From an uncultured Bdellovibrionales bacterium (GTDB lineage Bacteria > Patescibacteriota > Minisyncoccia > Moranbacterales > UBA1568), in NCBI GenBank assembly GCA_964398485.1, contig CAYNMD010000002.1, forward strand, positions 7,956 through 71,955: DNA of 64,000 nt, read 5' to 3'. The number at the start of each line of letters is the position of its first letter. Position 1 is the stretch's first letter. Below are positions 10,347-21,118 of this stretch, one piece after another. The translations under genes were made by a program, and so were the position numbers. The notes under the pieces are model-generated. The model was not told the DNA's origin. It saw nothing but the letters and a program-made list of their open reading frames with translations, and did not search any database.

Positions 10347-10943
10347 TTAAGCCTTTACTGCTTCTTTTGACTTCGCTTCAACAGCAGTAGTCTCTGCCTT
10401 TGTTTTTTCTTCTTTTTCTTCTTCCTGAGGAGTATTGATATTCTTTAGCGTAAGGAGAGCCGAAAGCGTTGCTTGAGCCACGTTGAGATTATTGGAACTT
10501 CCAAGAGATTTGGTCACAATGTCACGGACTCCCAAAAGATCCATCACCGAACGAACGGCTCCACCAGCAATAAGCCCCTTACCTTTAACAGCTGGCTTAA
10601 GAAGAACCTTGGCGCTACCATACTTTCCGTTAACCTCATGAGCAATCGTCCCATCAATCAAGGGAACGGTAATGAGATTCTTTCTAGCTGCCGAGAAAGC
10701 TTTCTGGATAGCACTTGAAACATCACCACCCTTAGCTACTCCTACGCCAACCTTTCCTTTACGATTTCCGATAACCAAAGTGGCACGGAAGCGGAAACGA
10801 CGACCACCCTTAACAACGCGTGTCACACGAGCAAGGTTAAGCATCTTCTGATCAAATTCAGGCTTTTCACGACGCTGGTTAGATCGATTACCTCGACCCT
10901 TCCGAGCACCTCCCTTTGCAGAATTATCTTTATTGATTGCCAT
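10347..10943 (-). CDS. rpsE: 30S ribosomal protein S5 (with Glu/Lys-rich C-terminal tail)
   Basis: S5 dsRBD plus C-terminal domain. Only 10 nt from rplO, so there is no room for rpmD. Confidence 0.9.
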   Translation of the reverse strand: MAINKDNSAKGGARKGRGNRSNQRREKPEFDQKMLNLARVTRVVKGGRRFRFRATLVIGNRKGKVGVGVAKGGDVSSAIQKAFSAARKNLITVPLIDGTIAHEVNGKYGSAKVLLKPAVKGKGLIAGGAVRSVMDLLGVRDIVTKSLGSSNNLNVAQATLSALLTLKNINTPQEEEKEEKTKAETTAVEAKSKEAVKA

Positions 10944-10956
10944 AAATATTCTTCAT

Positions 10957-11313
10957 TTAGAACTTGAGACCCGCTTCTCGAGCACCTTCAGCAGCAGCTT
11001 TCACTTTGCCGTGATAACGATACCCTGATCGATCAAAAATTACAGTATTCAGTCCAAGCTTTAAAGCCTTCTCCCCAAGAAGCTTACCAACCGCTTGTGC
11101 TTCGACTACGGTATTCTTTGCTCCTTTTGACAGCTCTCGATAATGAGCCTGGGCTAATGTCTTTCCAGCAACATCATCAATAAGCTGGAGGGATACCCCC
11201 TTCAAGCTTCGAAAAATAGAGAGTCTGGGAATTTCTGCTGTGCCGGATACGCGTGCACGAATACGGACCTTACGACGCAGACGCTGTTCACGAATATTGA
11301 CTTGCTTTTTCAT
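10957..11313 (-). CDS. rplR: 50S ribosomal protein L18
   Basis: 118 aa, basic N-terminus, L18 fold, operon position. Confidence 0.9.
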   Translation of the reverse strand: MKKQVNIREQRLRRKVRIRARVSGTAEIPRLSIFRSLKGVSLQLIDDVAGKTLAQAHYRELSKGAKNTVVEAQAVGKLLGEKALKLGLNTVIFDRSGYRYHGKVKAAAEGAREAGLKF

Positions 11314-11333
11314 AGTTTACTTCAAATTAGCAT

Positions 11334-11873
11334 CTAGGCCGCTCCGGCTTTCTTCCCCTCTTTTCGACGAACCTGTTCCCCAACATAGCGGAAACCCTTC
11401 CCCTTGTACGGCTCGACCGGTTTCTGTTTCCGTACATAAGCAGCAAATTCACCAAGAACCTGTTTATCAATACTTGAGAGAGTAAGCACATTACCCTCCA
11501 CTTTTGCTTCAACCTTCTCTGGCAAGACAATTTCTACTGGATGGGAAAAACCGAGCGCTAAAACAAGCTTCTTTCCAGCAAGGTTCATACGATACCCAAC
11601 ACCATTGAGTTCAAGTTGTTTGGTAAAACCATCCATCACCCCCACAATCATATTACTAATAAGCTTGGCCGTAGTTCCCCAAAGGGCCTGCGCACGTTTG
11701 GTCACACCCTTCTTTTCAACAAAAACTTGCTTGTCTTCTACCTTTAGAGCAACCTCATAATGGTGAGCAAAAGTCAGGGTTCCTTTTGGTCCTTTTACCG
11801 AAAGCACGTTAGCAGAAAGAGAAACTTCGACTTTCTCTGGAACTGCAATGGGTTTTTTACCAATTCTACTCAT
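11334..11873 (-). CDS. rplF: 50S ribosomal protein L6
   Basis: MSRIGKKPIAVP... Start trimmed to the ATG at 11873, which gives a 10-nt gap to rpsH. Confidence 0.9.
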   Translation of the reverse strand: MSRIGKKPIAVPEKVEVSLSANVLSVKGPKGTLTFAHHYEVALKVEDKQVFVEKKGVTKRAQALWGTTAKLISNMIVGVMDGFTKQLELNGVGYRMNLAGKKLVLALGFSHPVEIVLPEKVEAKVEGNVLTLSSIDKQVLGEFAAYVRKQKPVEPYKGKGFRYVGEQVRRKEGKKAGAA

Positions 11874-11883
11874 AAGAAATACT

Positions 11884-12288
11884 TTACCAAACCTGACAAA
11901 TATACTCTCCACCAAGTCCTTTTGCGTAAGCCTCTCCTCCAGTCATTACTCCTTGGGAAGTTGAAAGGACAGCAATACCATAACCATTCTTTACCTTAGC
12001 CACTTCATTTCGTTTTACATATGATCGACAACCCTCCTTACTCACCCGAACAATATCTTGAATTGCTGATCGCTTCTTCGTAAGAGATACCTGTTCGTAC
12101 TTCAAACCAACAACAATAGTTTTCTTTACTCCATCCTCTTCCACATTTACATTCTCCACAAATCCCTCACGAGCCAAGAGGTTGAGGATAGCCAACTTGA
12201 GCTTGGAGGCAGGGACGCGCACCGAAGCAAGCCCTCGCATCTGGGCATTTCGGATTCTCGTAAGCATGTCTGCAATTGGGTCTAACAT
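11884..12288 (-). CDS. rpsH: 30S ribosomal protein S8
   Basis: MLDPIADMLTRIRNA canonical S8 N-terminus. Confidence 0.9.
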   Translation of the reverse strand: MLDPIADMLTRIRNAQMRGLASVRVPASKLKLAILNLLAREGFVENVNVEEDGVKKTIVVGLKYEQVSLTKKRSAIQDIVRVSKEGCRSYVKRNEVAKVKNGYGIAVLSTSQGVMTGGEAYAKGLGGEYICQVW

Positions 12289-12315
12289 AATTTCTTGACT
12301 AATCTACATGAGTGA

Positions 12316-12501
12316 TTACCATGAGGCTTTCCGTACACCAGGCACTTCTCCACGGCTCGCCAGCTCTCGGAAACAAATACGGCAAATGTCGTATCGTCTC
12401 AGATAGCCGTGCTTGCGGCCACAGCGCCAACAGCGCCGCACTATGCGAGTGGAGAATTTTGGAGTCTTCTCCGATCGGGCCATGGTAGATGTTTTTGCCA
12501 T
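12316..12501 (-). CDS. rpsN: 30S ribosomal protein S14, short Zn-ribbon (type Z) form
   Basis: 61 aa with [20 protein letters not shown]. Confidence 0.85.
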   Translation of the reverse strand: MAKTSTMARSEKTPKFSTRIVRRCWRCGRKHGYLRRYDICRICFRELASRGEVPGVRKASW

Positions 12502-12530
12502 ACTTCTTTTCTCGTCTAAATAATTCGTAA

Positions 12531-13094
12531 TTATTTCCCTTCTGTCTGAGCCCCTACTGCCTGAAGAGGCACACCGATAAGCTCAAACAATTTTTCACCA
12601 GCCTTTTTATCTTGAGCAGTTGTTACTACCGTAATCTGAAAACTAAAGAGAGTCTGAACCTTTTCTGGGATTATTTCAGGAAACACCATATGTTCTTTTA
12701 CTCCGATCGAAAGATTGCCATAACTATCTACTGAAGAACGGGTAATCCCCTGGAAATCACGCACGCGAGGCAAAGCTACATGGATAAGCCGATCAAGAAA
12801 TTGCCACATTCTTTTACCACGAAGAGTTGTTCGCATTCCCACCTCAAGGCCAGCGCGAGTTTTAAATCCAGCAATAGCCTTCTTAGCCTTCGTAGAGACT
12901 ACCTTTTGACCAGTAATCATCTGGAGAGATTCGCGAATCTCGTTCAGGCGATTCTCCTCTTTCAGGTATTTTCCCACGCCAACATTCACCACTACCCGAT
13001 CAATCTTCGGGAGAGCATTGGGGTTCTTCTCACTCACAAACTTAGCGAGTTCTGGAAGAATTTCAGTGTAACGTTGTTTCGTACGTGATTCCAT
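12531..13094 (-). CDS. rplE: 50S ribosomal protein L5
   Basis: 187 aa, operon position, L5 motifs. Confidence 0.9.
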   Translation of the reverse strand: MESRTKQRYTEILPELAKFVSEKNPNALPKIDRVVVNVGVGKYLKEENRLNEIRESLQMITGQKVVSTKAKKAIAGFKTRAGLEVGMRTTLRGKRMWQFLDRLIHVALPRVRDFQGITRSSVDSYGNLSIGVKEHMVFPEIIPEKVQTLFSFQITVVTTAQDKKAGEKLFELIGVPLQAVGAQTEGK

Positions 13095-13100
13095 AATACT

Positions 13101-13406
13101 TTAGAGTTGCTTGCCGGATTTCTTACCTACACGAACCTTGGTCTTCCCTTCAAAGGAGTACCCTACACGAGTTGGTTTTCCAGTCTCTTTATCAATCGCC
13201 ATTACCTTGGAAACATGAATTGGGGCTGGCTTTTCTATTCGTTCTCCTTTTTCAGTATTTGATTTGGCTCGGTTGTGTCGTTTTACCAGATTCACTCCCT
13301 CCACCACCACCCGTTCTTCCTGTGGCAAAGCAAGAAGCACCACCCCACGCTTACCGCGGTCTTTGCCTGAGAGCACTTGTACTTGATCACCTTTCTTAAT
13401 CTTCAT
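13101..13406 (-). CDS. rplX: 50S ribosomal protein L24
   Basis: MKIKKGDQVQVLSGKDRGKRG KOW motif. Start trimmed to 13406, just downstream of rplN. Confidence 0.85.
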   Translation of the reverse strand: MKIKKGDQVQVLSGKDRGKRGVVLLALPQEERVVVEGVNLVKRHNRAKSNTEKGERIEKPAPIHVSKVMAIDKETGKPTRVGYSFEGKTKVRVGKKSGKQL

Positions 13407-13416
13407 AGGGAGAATA

Positions 13417-13788
13417 TTACAAAACTTCTGGAGCGAGAGAAACAATTTTTGCGAAACCTTTTTCACGGAGTTCACGGGCTACTGGACCAAAAATACGAGA
13501 GCCCTTTGGATCCTGACCAGAACCATCAATAATCACTGCTGCATTTTCATCAAATCGGATATAAGAGTTGTCCTTACGACGATATGCCTCTTTCTGGCGA
13601 ACAATCACCGCTTTCACTTTATCACCCTTCTTCACCATTCCACGAGGAAGAGCTACCTTCACTGAAGCTACTACAATATCTCCCAGAGCAGCATAACGGC
13701 GACGGCTTCCACCGAGCACCTTGAAACATTCGATGACTTTAGCACCGGTGTTGTCTGCAACAATGAGTCTGGTTTCAGCTTGGATCAT
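13417..13788 (-). CDS. rplN: 50S ribosomal protein L14
   Basis: [17 protein letters not shown] canonical. Confidence 0.95.
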   Translation of the reverse strand: MIQAETRLIVADNTGAKVIECFKVLGGSRRRYAALGDIVVASVKVALPRGMVKKGDKVKAVIVRQKEAYRRKDNSYIRFDENAAVIIDGSGQDPKGSRIFGPVARELREKGFAKIVSLAPEVL

Positions 13789-13811
13789 ACGGGTAACAAG
13801 AATTCTTCAAA

Positions 13812-14072
13812 TTATTCGGACACTATCACATGGTGTTTGTCTTTGGAGATCGGTCGGCACTCCCGGAAAGAAACCTTCTGGCCAATCACATATTCCCCTT
13901 CATTCACATGCACTTTATACCTTTTAGTAGAAAGATATCGTTTCTGGTATTTAGGATGAGCTTTGAGAGTTTCTACGGCCACCACCAAAGTCTTCTGCAT
14001 GCGGTTGGAAACCACCACACCCGAAAGAGTTGGAGCCTTAGATACCTTTGTTGTAGAATTTTCAGACTTCAT
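13812..14072 (-). CDS. rpsQ: 30S ribosomal protein S17
   Basis: OB-fold S17. Start trimmed to MKSEN at 14072 so it does not overlap rpmC. Confidence 0.85.
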   Translation of the reverse strand: MKSENSTTKVSKAPTLSGVVVSNRMQKTLVVAVETLKAHPKYQKRYLSTKRYKVHVNEGEYVIGQKVSFRECRPISKDKHHVIVSE

Positions 14073-14082
14073 AACGAATGAT

Positions 14083-14286
14083 TTAGCGATTTTCAACCTC
14101 AACACTCTCTTCTGTAGCCAGCGTCTTCAATCGAGCAATATCCCGCCTGAGCTCGCGATACTCCCGATGCTTCTTGGTAGCTCGGGTTGCGATATCAAAG
14201 CGAAGCGAACGGAGCTTCTCAAGATTTTCCTGAAGAGCCTTCTCTCGCTCACCAACTGATTTTTCTCGCCACAATTTCATCTTCAT
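14083..14286 (-). CDS. rpmC: 50S ribosomal protein L29
   Basis: 67 aa helical, operon position. Confidence 0.85.
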   Translation of the reverse strand: MKMKLWREKSVGEREKALQENLEKLRSLRFDIATRATKKHREYRELRRDIARLKTLATEESVEVENR

Positions 14287-14290
14287 AATC

Positions 14291-14710
14291 CTAATGTTCT
14301 TTCACAACAAACTTACTCTTCACCGAAAGTTTATATGCTGCCAATCGCATAGCTTCAGCTGCTACCTTTTCAGTCACTCCATCAAGCTCAAACATTACGC
14401 GACCAGCTGAAACTTTAGCTACGAAATGGTCAGGAGAGCCCTTTCCTTTACCCATTGGGGTCTGTTCACCTTTCTTAGTCACTGGTGTATCAGGAAAAAT
14501 TCGAATCCAAACTTTGCCACCACGCTGAATAAAACGGGTCATAGCACGACGAGCAGCCTCAATCTGACGGCCAGAAATAAGCCCACCTTCGGTAGCCTTG
14601 AGACCAAAGCTTCCAAAAGAGACCTTGTCTCCGCGGGTTGCAATCGTCCCTTTTGGATCGTATCCTCGTTGGACTTTGCGGTGCTTCACTTTTCTTGGCA
14701 TGAGTAGCAT
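14291..14710 (-). CDS. rplP: 50S ribosomal protein L16
   Basis: [16 protein letters not shown] canonical. Confidence 0.9.
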   Translation of the reverse strand: MLLMPRKVKHRKVQRGYDPKGTIATRGDKVSFGSFGLKATEGGLISGRQIEAARRAMTRFIQRGGKVWIRIFPDTPVTKKGEQTPMGKGKGSPDHFVAKVSAGRVMFELDGVTEKVAAEAMRLAAYKLSVKSKFVVKEH

Positions 14711-14741
14711 ACTCGTTTCTTCTGAATACTATTCTCAGTTA

Positions 14742-15428
14742 TTACTTCGTCGCTTTTGTTTCAGTTTCGGCAGAAACCTCTTTCACTGCAAACTTATCTC
14801 CTTTATAAATCCAAACTTTCACTCCAATCACTCCATAAGTCGTCCTTGCTTCAGCTTTAGCAAAATCAATATCTGATCGGAGAGTGTGAAGAGGAATTTT
14901 CCCCTTTGAAAGCCATTCTCGACGAGACATTTCAGCACCACCCAAACGACCAGAGACTTCAATTTTCATTCCTTGAACATTCTTATTCCCCTCAATTTGG
15001 TCGAGAGTAGTCTTGAGAATTCGACGAAATGGCATACGTTTCTCGAGCTGTTCAGCCACTTGATAAGCAATAAGCATGGCATTCTCCTCAACGTGCTTCA
15101 CTTCCTGGACTTCGACTTTAAGATCAATACGCTTCCCAGCAAAAAAACGTTTCTTGATTACGCGAGTAAGATCCTCGATACCTGTACCGCCACGCCCAAT
15201 CAATACTCCAGGACGGGATGTACGAAGAATAACCCGAATAGATCCTGTGGAACGCTCAATTTCAACACTGGCAATCATAGCTGACTTCCAATTCGAGCGG
15301 ATAAACTCGCGCATTTCTACATCTTTGCGAAGATTCTCTGTATAACGTTTGCGAGCACCAAACCAGCGTGACTGCCAGTCAGTCGTAATGCCCAAACGGA
15401 TACCAGTTGGATTCGTTTTGTGTCCCAT
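14742..15428 (-). CDS. rpsC: 30S ribosomal protein S3
   Basis: MGHKTNPTGIRLG canonical KH-domain S3. Confidence 0.95.
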   Translation of the reverse strand: MGHKTNPTGIRLGITTDWQSRWFGARKRYTENLRKDVEMREFIRSNWKSAMIASVEIERSTGSIRVILRTSRPGVLIGRGGTGIEDLTRVIKKRFFAGKRIDLKVEVQEVKHVEENAMLIAYQVAEQLEKRMPFRRILKTTLDQIEGNKNVQGMKIEVSGRLGGAEMSRREWLSKGKIPLHTLRSDIDFAKAEARTTYGVIGVKVWIYKGDKFAVKEVSAETETKATK

Positions 15429-15433
15429 AGGAA

Positions 15434-15859
15434 TTAATTGGTCGTAGTTGTTTCAGGGGTTACAGCTTTCTTCTTCGCAGTTTTTTTAGCAACAGCCTTC
15501 TGGGGAACCGAAGCAACCACCTTTGGCTTCCGTTCATCCAAAATCATGTGCACCTTTGAAGTTCGCTTCAAAATAGGAGTAGCTGATCCAAAAGCCTTTG
15601 GAGTAAACCGCTTCAGACGAATACCATCAAGCACACGCACCTCAGCTACATACAAATTCTCTTTAGCAAGTTTGAAGTTATTAGTAGCGTTGGCAATAGC
15701 ACTTTCAAGAAGCACTTTCATTGGTTCAGCTGAGCGCTGCACCTCCTGCTTGAGACGAACCAGGGCAGTCTGAACAGGAAGCCCGACGATTGAGTGAGCT
15801 ACCAACCGGACTTTCCGAGGAGCAATGCGCAAATTGTTGAGACGAGCGGTGACTTGCAT
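15434..15859 (-). CDS. rplV: 50S ribosomal protein L22 (with basic C-terminal extension)
   Basis: L22 core plus KKTAKKKAV tail. Confidence 0.85.
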   Translation of the reverse strand: MQVTARLNNLRIAPRKVRLVAHSIVGLPVQTALVRLKQEVQRSAEPMKVLLESAIANATNNFKLAKENLYVAEVRVLDGIRLKRFTPKAFGSATPILKRTSKVHMILDERKPKVVASVPQKAVAKKTAKKKAVTPETTTTN

Positions 15860-15889
15860 ACTTATTTATCGAGCGTCAATCATTCATGT

Positions 15890-16225
15890 TTACTTCTTAT
15901 CACTAGTTTTGGCAGCCTTGGCAGCATCGAGCTCTCGTTGTTTGGCAGCCATTTCTATTTCTTTCTGCATCTTTCCTCCGTGACGGTTAAATTTGCGTGT
16001 AGGAGAAAATTCACCCAGACGATGACCAACCATCTCTTCAGTAACAAGAACCGAAACAAAGTCCTTACCATTGTGCACGCCAAAGGTAAATCCTACCATT
16101 TCTGGAGAGATAACGCAAGCCCGAGACCAAGTCTTAATAACTTCGCGATCTCCAAGCTTCTTTCCTTCGAGCTTTTTCAAGACTCTCTGGTCTACATATG
16201 GTCCTTTTTTGAGACTTCGTGACAT
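15890..16225 (-). CDS. rpsS: 30S ribosomal protein S19
   Basis: [12 protein letters not shown] canonical N-terminus. Confidence 0.9.
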   Translation of the reverse strand: MSRSLKKGPYVDQRVLKKLEGKKLGDREVIKTWSRACVISPEMVGFTFGVHNGKDFVSVLVTEEMVGHRLGEFSPTRKFNRHGGKMQKEIEMAAKQRELDAAKAAKTSDKK

Positions 16226-16229
16226 AGAA

Positions 16230-17060
16230 TTACTTCTTCAAATGACGGCTCCTTACGATGTATTTATTGGTTCGATGCTTTTTCTTTCGAGTCTTCTTTC
16301 CCATAGCTGCCTTACCCCATGGAGTCTTCGGGTGCATACCCAAAGGCTGCCTACCTTCACCACCACCGTGTGGGTGATCAACTGGGTTCATGGCGGTACC
16401 GCGAACGGTCGGCCGACGATTCATCTTACGAGCTCGGCCAGCCTTTCCGATTCGCTCTGCACTGTGCTCAAAATTCGAAACCTGCCCGAGAGTAGCGTAG
16501 CAATCCTTGGGAACCAGGCGAATCTCTCCAGAAGAAAGCTTGACCTGAGCCATAGCTCCATCAAGAGCCATAAGGGTCGCCTGAGAACCAGCACTTCTCA
16601 CAATTTGTCCACCCTTACCCTTTTCGAGCTCAATATTACAGATAGTTGTTCCAGCTGGAATATTATTGAGCAGCAAACGATTACCTGGAGCTACCGGGGC
16701 CTCAGGACCAGAAACCACCGTATGACCAACTCGCATTTCATGAGTAGCCAGAATATAACGTTTCTCTCCGTCGACATAGCTCAAGAGAGCAATAAGAGCC
16801 GAACGATTTGGGTCCTTTTCCAAGGAAACAATCTTGGCTGGGATACCATGTTTATCCTGCTTAAAATCAACCAAGCGATATCGTCGCTTCACTCCGCCAC
16901 CCTGGTGACGAACTGAGATCTTCCCTCGTGAGCGACCAGCTTTCTTAGGGAGCGGTGCCAAAAGACTTTTCTCTGGAGCACGATCAGTAACTCCCTCTGG
17001 CTTAACAACCGACATAAAACGTCGGCCAGCTGTGTTCTTTTTGTAGACTTTAATTGCCAT
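16230..17060 (-). CDS. rplB: 50S ribosomal protein L2
   Basis: 276 aa, with GGGEGR and HPHGGG motifs. Confidence 0.95.
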   Translation of the reverse strand: MAIKVYKKNTAGRRFMSVVKPEGVTDRAPEKSLLAPLPKKAGRSRGKISVRHQGGGVKRRYRLVDFKQDKHGIPAKIVSLEKDPNRSALIALLSYVDGEKRYILATHEMRVGHTVVSGPEAPVAPGNRLLLNNIPAGTTICNIELEKGKGGQIVRSAGSQATLMALDGAMAQVKLSSGEIRLVPKDCYATLGQVSNFEHSAERIGKAGRARKMNRRPTVRGTAMNPVDHPHGGGEGRQPLGMHPKTPWGKAAMGKKTRKKKHRTNKYIVRSRHLKK

Positions 17061-17075
17061 ACTTCTTGTTCATCA

Positions 17076-17405
17076 TTACAGTCCAGCCTGGAAAAGGGTA
17101 ATTGTCTCCCCTGCCTTCAAGCGAACCACTGCCTTGCGAACCCCACTTCTTTCACCTGTTCGTCGACCGATATTTTTTTTCTTTCCAGGAAGCTTGGTAA
17201 TCGCTACTGATAATACCGTAACACCATAAGCTGCTTCAACTGCTTTCTTGATTTCTGTCTTAGTAGCTTTAGGGGTAACCTGAAATACATACTGGTTCAA
17301 AGCATTCAAAGCATAAGCCTTCTCAGTAATACGAGGGCGAAGCAAGACAGCTGTTGCCAAAGCTTTGTCACGCACTGATTCTTTTTTCGGAGTTGTTGTT
17401 GCCAT
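17076..17405 (-). CDS. rplW: 50S ribosomal protein L23
   Basis: Operon position, size, L23 fold. Confidence 0.85.
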   Translation of the reverse strand: MATTTPKKESVRDKALATAVLLRPRITEKAYALNALNQYVFQVTPKATKTEIKKAVEAAYGVTVLSVAITKLPGKKKNIGRRTGERSGVRKAVVRLKAGETITLFQAGL

Positions 17406-17412
17406 AGTCTAC

Positions 17413-18060
17413 TTATTTCTTCCAAGCCTGAAAGCGGCGATCAAGATCGAGAAGGCCAGCTTTTGTCATAAGCACAAACTCATGATCAAGCAAGTCCTTC
17501 ACGTTCAAATCTGGATGATGCACTACAGAAAGCTTAGGAATATTACGCATAGCAATTGCTTCACGCCCCTCATCTCCCAAAAGACTTACTGCTACTCGCC
17601 TTGGGGCAATAGCCAATGACTTGAGAGCTGCAGCAAAAACTTTTGTCTTCTTCTCTGGTAAAACTACCGTGTCAACAACAACGAGTTTTCCGAGGCGGAT
17701 TTTTTCAGAAAGAGCAATCAGAACCGCTTTCTGTCGCATTTTCCGACTTACCTCACGAACAAAATTTCGTTCCTTAGTTGGTCCAAAAGTTACTCCACCT
17801 TTACGCCAAATTGGGCTCCGCACTGAACCATGGCGAGCACGGCCAGTCCCTTTTTGCTTCCAAGGCTTCTTACCAGAACCAGCTCTTTCAGCACGATCCT
17901 TGGTATGAGCTATTGTCGTACGCAGGTTTCCTGAAAGAACAACATACACCTGATGGAGTAAGGAGTCATTCTTAGGAAGGTCAAACAGACTCTTATCGAG
18001 AGCCACCTCTTCCATTACTTTCCCTTCAAGATTTTTGACAGCAATTGATGACATAGACAT
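17413..18060 (-). CDS. rplD: 50S ribosomal protein L4
   Basis: 215 aa, operon position. Confidence 0.9.
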   Translation of the reverse strand: MSMSSIAVKNLEGKVMEEVALDKSLFDLPKNDSLLHQVYVVLSGNLRTTIAHTKDRAERAGSGKKPWKQKGTGRARHGSVRSPIWRKGGVTFGPTKERNFVREVSRKMRQKAVLIALSEKIRLGKLVVVDTVVLPEKKTKVFAAALKSLAIAPRRVAVSLLGDEGREAIAMRNIPKLSVVHHPDLNVKDLLDHEFVLMTKAGLLDLDRRFQAWKK

Positions 18061-18656
18061 TACTTGACGCTCTTGATTTCAACTATTCGGCCAGCTACTC
18101 CCGGAACGGCGCCTTTCACTGCCAAGATTCCTTCGGTCTCATCAACTAGTACTACACGAAGATTTTTTACCGTGAATCGATCAGCTCCCATGCGACCAGC
18201 CATACGACGACCCTTGATAACGTGTTCTGGAAACGTAGCTCCAATAGAACCAGGCTTGCGGATATCATGTTTGCGACCATGACTCGTCATTTGCCCCTTA
18301 AATCCATGGCGCTTTACCACACCCTGGAATCCCTTGGCTTTGGTTACACCAGTCACCTGAACGAGCTCACCTTCAGCAAACTGAGCTACCGTCAATTTTG
18401 ATCCAACCGGAAAGGATTCGAGAATTTTTGCTTCACCTTCAACCTCAACTGCTCCATCGATACGGAATTCTTTATTGGTAATACGACGTTTGGTCTTTGG
18501 ATGCGCCAACTGCAAAGCTACATAACCATCCTTTTCACGAGTTCGGTGAAGTTTCACTTCATTTCCCTCGCAAGCAAGCAGGGTTACATTCAAAGCAGTC
18601 CCTTCAGCATTGAAGAGAGTGGTCATACCGATTTTTTTACCGAGAAGGAATTTCAT
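18060..18656 (-). CDS. rplC: 50S ribosomal protein L3
   Basis: MKFLLGKKIGMTTLF canonical. Confidence 0.9.
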   Translation of the reverse strand: MKFLLGKKIGMTTLFNAEGTALNVTLLACEGNEVKLHRTREKDGYVALQLAHPKTKRRITNKEFRIDGAVEVEGEAKILESFPVGSKLTVAQFAEGELVQVTGVTKAKGFQGVVKRHGFKGQMTSHGRKHDIRKPGSIGATFPEHVIKGRRMAGRMGADRFTVKNLRVVLVDETEGILAVKGAVPGVAGRIVEIKSVK

Positions 18657-18777
18657 ATGAGTTCGTTCGAGCAGAGAAACCGTGAATGATAAACTTTGAG
18701 TAATTAAAAACTGACTGTTTGGGTTAGCCAGTTTTCGTGACCGGCCCGTTCAGTATCCCGAGAGGGACTTAAACAAG

Positions 18778-19134
18778 TTACATTTTTATTTCAACATCGA
18801 CTCCTGCTGGGAGATCGAGATTTGTGAGATTCTCAATCGTCTTTGCTGTTGGATTGGTAATATCGATGAGTCTCTTATGCACCCGCATTTCGTACTGATC
18901 CCGTGAGTTCTTATGAACAAACGTAGACCGGTTAACCGTCACCTTGTGCATATCCGTCGGGAGGGGCACTGGACCAGTGATCTGAGCACCAGTACGCTCT
19001 GCCGTTTCGACTATCTTTCTCGCGGACTGGTCGATCAGTTTATGATCGTAGGCCTTGATCTTGATACGGATTCTCGTCGATACTTCTTCTTTTTTCTTCG
19101 TAGCCATCGTTGTTGAGTTACTCTTAGTTCTCAT
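18778..19134 (-). CDS. rpsJ: 30S ribosomal protein S10
   Basis: ...[17 protein letters not shown] canonical. The true start may be the internal MATKKK at 19107. Confidence 0.9.
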   Translation of the reverse strand: MRTKSNSTTMATKKKEEVSTRIRIKIKAYDHKLIDQSARKIVETAERTGAQITGPVPLPTDMHKVTVNRSTFVHKNSRDQYEMRVHKRLIDITNPTAKTIENLTNLDLPAGVDVEIKM

Positions 19135-19190
19135 CTCTTGAGAGAACAGTCATGCGGGAGAGATAGCTCCCCCGCACTCAGTTCCATCAA

Positions 19191-20381
19191 TTATTTGAGG
19201 ATCTTGGTGCAAACACCGGCACCTACGGTGCGTCCACCTTCACGAATAGCAAAGCGCATTCCTTCTTCCATAGCCACTGGAGCAATGAGAGTAATCTTGA
19301 GCTTTATCGTGTCACCTGGCATAACCATTTCAGTTCCTTCTGGAAGCACCACTTCACCAGTTACATCGGTAGTACGGATGTAGAACTGTGGCTTGTAGCC
19401 CTTGAAAAATGGAGTGTGGCGACCACCTTCTTCTTTGTTTAGGATATAGACTTCGCCTTCAAAATCAGTGTGTGGGGTAATTGATCCTGGCTTGGCCAAA
19501 ACCTGGCCGCGCTCAACATCTTCCTTCTTGATACCACGGATAAGGAGACCGGCATTGTCTCCAGCCTGGCCACGATCAAGCTGCTTGTTAAACATCTCAA
19601 TACCAGTTACCACTGTTTTGGCAGTATCACGAATACCTACGATTTCAACTTCTTCGTTGATGTTAACCACACCACGCTCGATACGACCAGTAACAACGGT
19701 ACCACGACCCTCAATCGAGAAGATATCTTCGATCGGCATGAGGAATGGCTTGTCGGTATCACGGACTGGTTCTGGGATACGCTCATCGAGGGCAGCTACA
19801 AGGTCAAGAATAGGCTTGGCATCTGCCTCATCAGCAGACTTGGACTCGAGAGCCTTGAGGGCACTACCACGGATAACAGCGGCATTGTCACCATCAAACT
19901 CATACTTAGAGAGAAGCTCACGAACTTCGGCCTCAACGAGGTCAACGAGTTCTGGATCATCCACCATGTCAACCTTGTTGAGGAAAACAACAATATTTGG
20001 CACACCTACCTGACGAGCGAGAAGGATATGCTCACGAGTCTGAGGCATAGGACCATCAGTAGCAGAAACCACGAGAATAGCACCGTCCATCTGAGCAGCA
20101 CCGGTGATCATGTTCTTGATATAGTCAGCGTGTCCGGGACAGTCAACATGAGCATAGTGGCGCTTGTCCGACTCATACTCACAGTGAGAGGTGGAAATGG
20201 TAATACCACGCTCTTTTTCTTCTGGAGCCTTATCGATTTCGTCAACGCCTTTTGGCTTAGCAAACCCCTTCATAGAAAGCACATGGAGAAGGGCTGCTGT
20301 AGTCGTGGTCTTACCATGGTCGACGTGACCGATAGTACCAACGTTTACGTGTGGTTTAGTACGCTGAAATTGCTCTGCCAT
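19191..20381 (-). CDS. tuf: elongation factor Tu
   Basis: 396 aa, [21 protein letters not shown]. Confidence 0.95.
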   Translation of the reverse strand: MAEQFQRTKPHVNVGTIGHVDHGKTTTTAALLHVLSMKGFAKPKGVDEIDKAPEEKERGITISTSHCEYESDKRHYAHVDCPGHADYIKNMITGAAQMDGAILVVSATDGPMPQTREHILLARQVGVPNIVVFLNKVDMVDDPELVDLVEAEVRELLSKYEFDGDNAAVIRGSALKALESKSADEADAKPILDLVAALDERIPEPVRDTDKPFLMPIEDIFSIEGRGTVVTGRIERGVVNINEEVEIVGIRDTAKTVVTGIEMFNKQLDRGQAGDNAGLLIRGIKKEDVERGQVLAKPGSITPHTDFEGEVYILNKEEGGRHTPFFKGYKPQFYIRTTDVTGEVVLPEGTEMVMPGDTIKLKITLIAPVAMEEGMRFAIREGGRTVGAGVCTKILK

Positions 20382-20611
20382 AGTGGTGTATGCGGCCTGT
20401 TTCGCTCCTTGACGAGACAGGTGACGCCTCCCGTTAATGGATAATTGATTACAAAAAATTTTCTATTTCCCAAGCGTTCTTACCCAAAACGGACAAAAAC
20501 AGCTCAGGAAAGCGTCAAGTGGGATGATAGCAACCCAGGAAAATCTTGTCAAGAGTCGATGTTTTGAACAGATATCCAGGACTGGGCCTAAAACGGTCTC
20601 ATAGAGAATCT

Positions 20612-20646
20612 GGATGACCCCACAAATCGATATTTGAGGGTCATCC
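20612..20646. repeat. perfect 9-bp inverted repeat (GGATGACCC/GGGTCATCC) with 17-nt spacer in the fusA-tuf spacer
   Basis: Read directly from the sequence. No T-run on either strand, so it is not a classic terminator. Confidence 0.4.
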
Positions 20647-21065
20647 GTGGTTTGCGATAGCGCAGTCGCTTATCGAGCGCCCAAAGCCTTGAGCAGTTGT
20701 TGCCAGATCGTGGGGACTGCCTCTGGCTGGTTTTCGATGGTAGGCGCAGTAGCCAACATCAGAACAGCGATCATCCCCATCGTAACGATTGCTTTCATCT
20801 TTGAATCTCAAAAAACAGCACATGCTGCTCAAGGATGGTAGCAAAGTTACCACTAACAATCAACACCTTAGAATACGCGGCTTGAAATTCTGCGACACGA
20901 TCCAATTCTTCCTAAGCGCTTCTCTAGATTAGCGCCAGAAGGATAGTTCAGTATTCAATTTTACTATATTAAAATTAGTCTCAGTTTTTTAAATTACTAA
21001 GCAATTTACTATATTCTTTTTTCTTAAAAAGAGTTAGTGATAACTAACTCTCTCTTGTTCAAACT

Positions 21066-21091
21066 AAAAACCGACTCTTATGAGCCGGTTT
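21066..21091 (-). terminator. Rho-independent terminator downstream of fusA
   Basis: Minus strand: AAACCGGCUC-AUAA-GAGUCGGUUU (10-bp stem with one G-U pair) followed by UU. Sits 28 nt after the fusA stop. Confidence 0.5.
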
Positions 21092-21118
21092 CGTTCTTAA
21101 AATTCATCTAAGGAGAAT

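Noticed and set aside
19135-19190. Imperfect hairpin between tuf and rpsJ
   Set aside because: The stem has a mismatch and is not followed by a U-run on the minus strand. Weak evidence for an attenuator, so it is not reported as a feature.
19468-20013. 181-aa plus-strand ORF antisense to tuf, and similar antisense ORFs inside fusA (21506..21943, 22457..23026)
   Set aside because: They lie entirely within highly conserved EF-Tu and EF-G coding sequence on the opposite strand. Composition is Ser/Arg/Thr-rich and low-complexity, with no RBS, so they are antisense artefacts.
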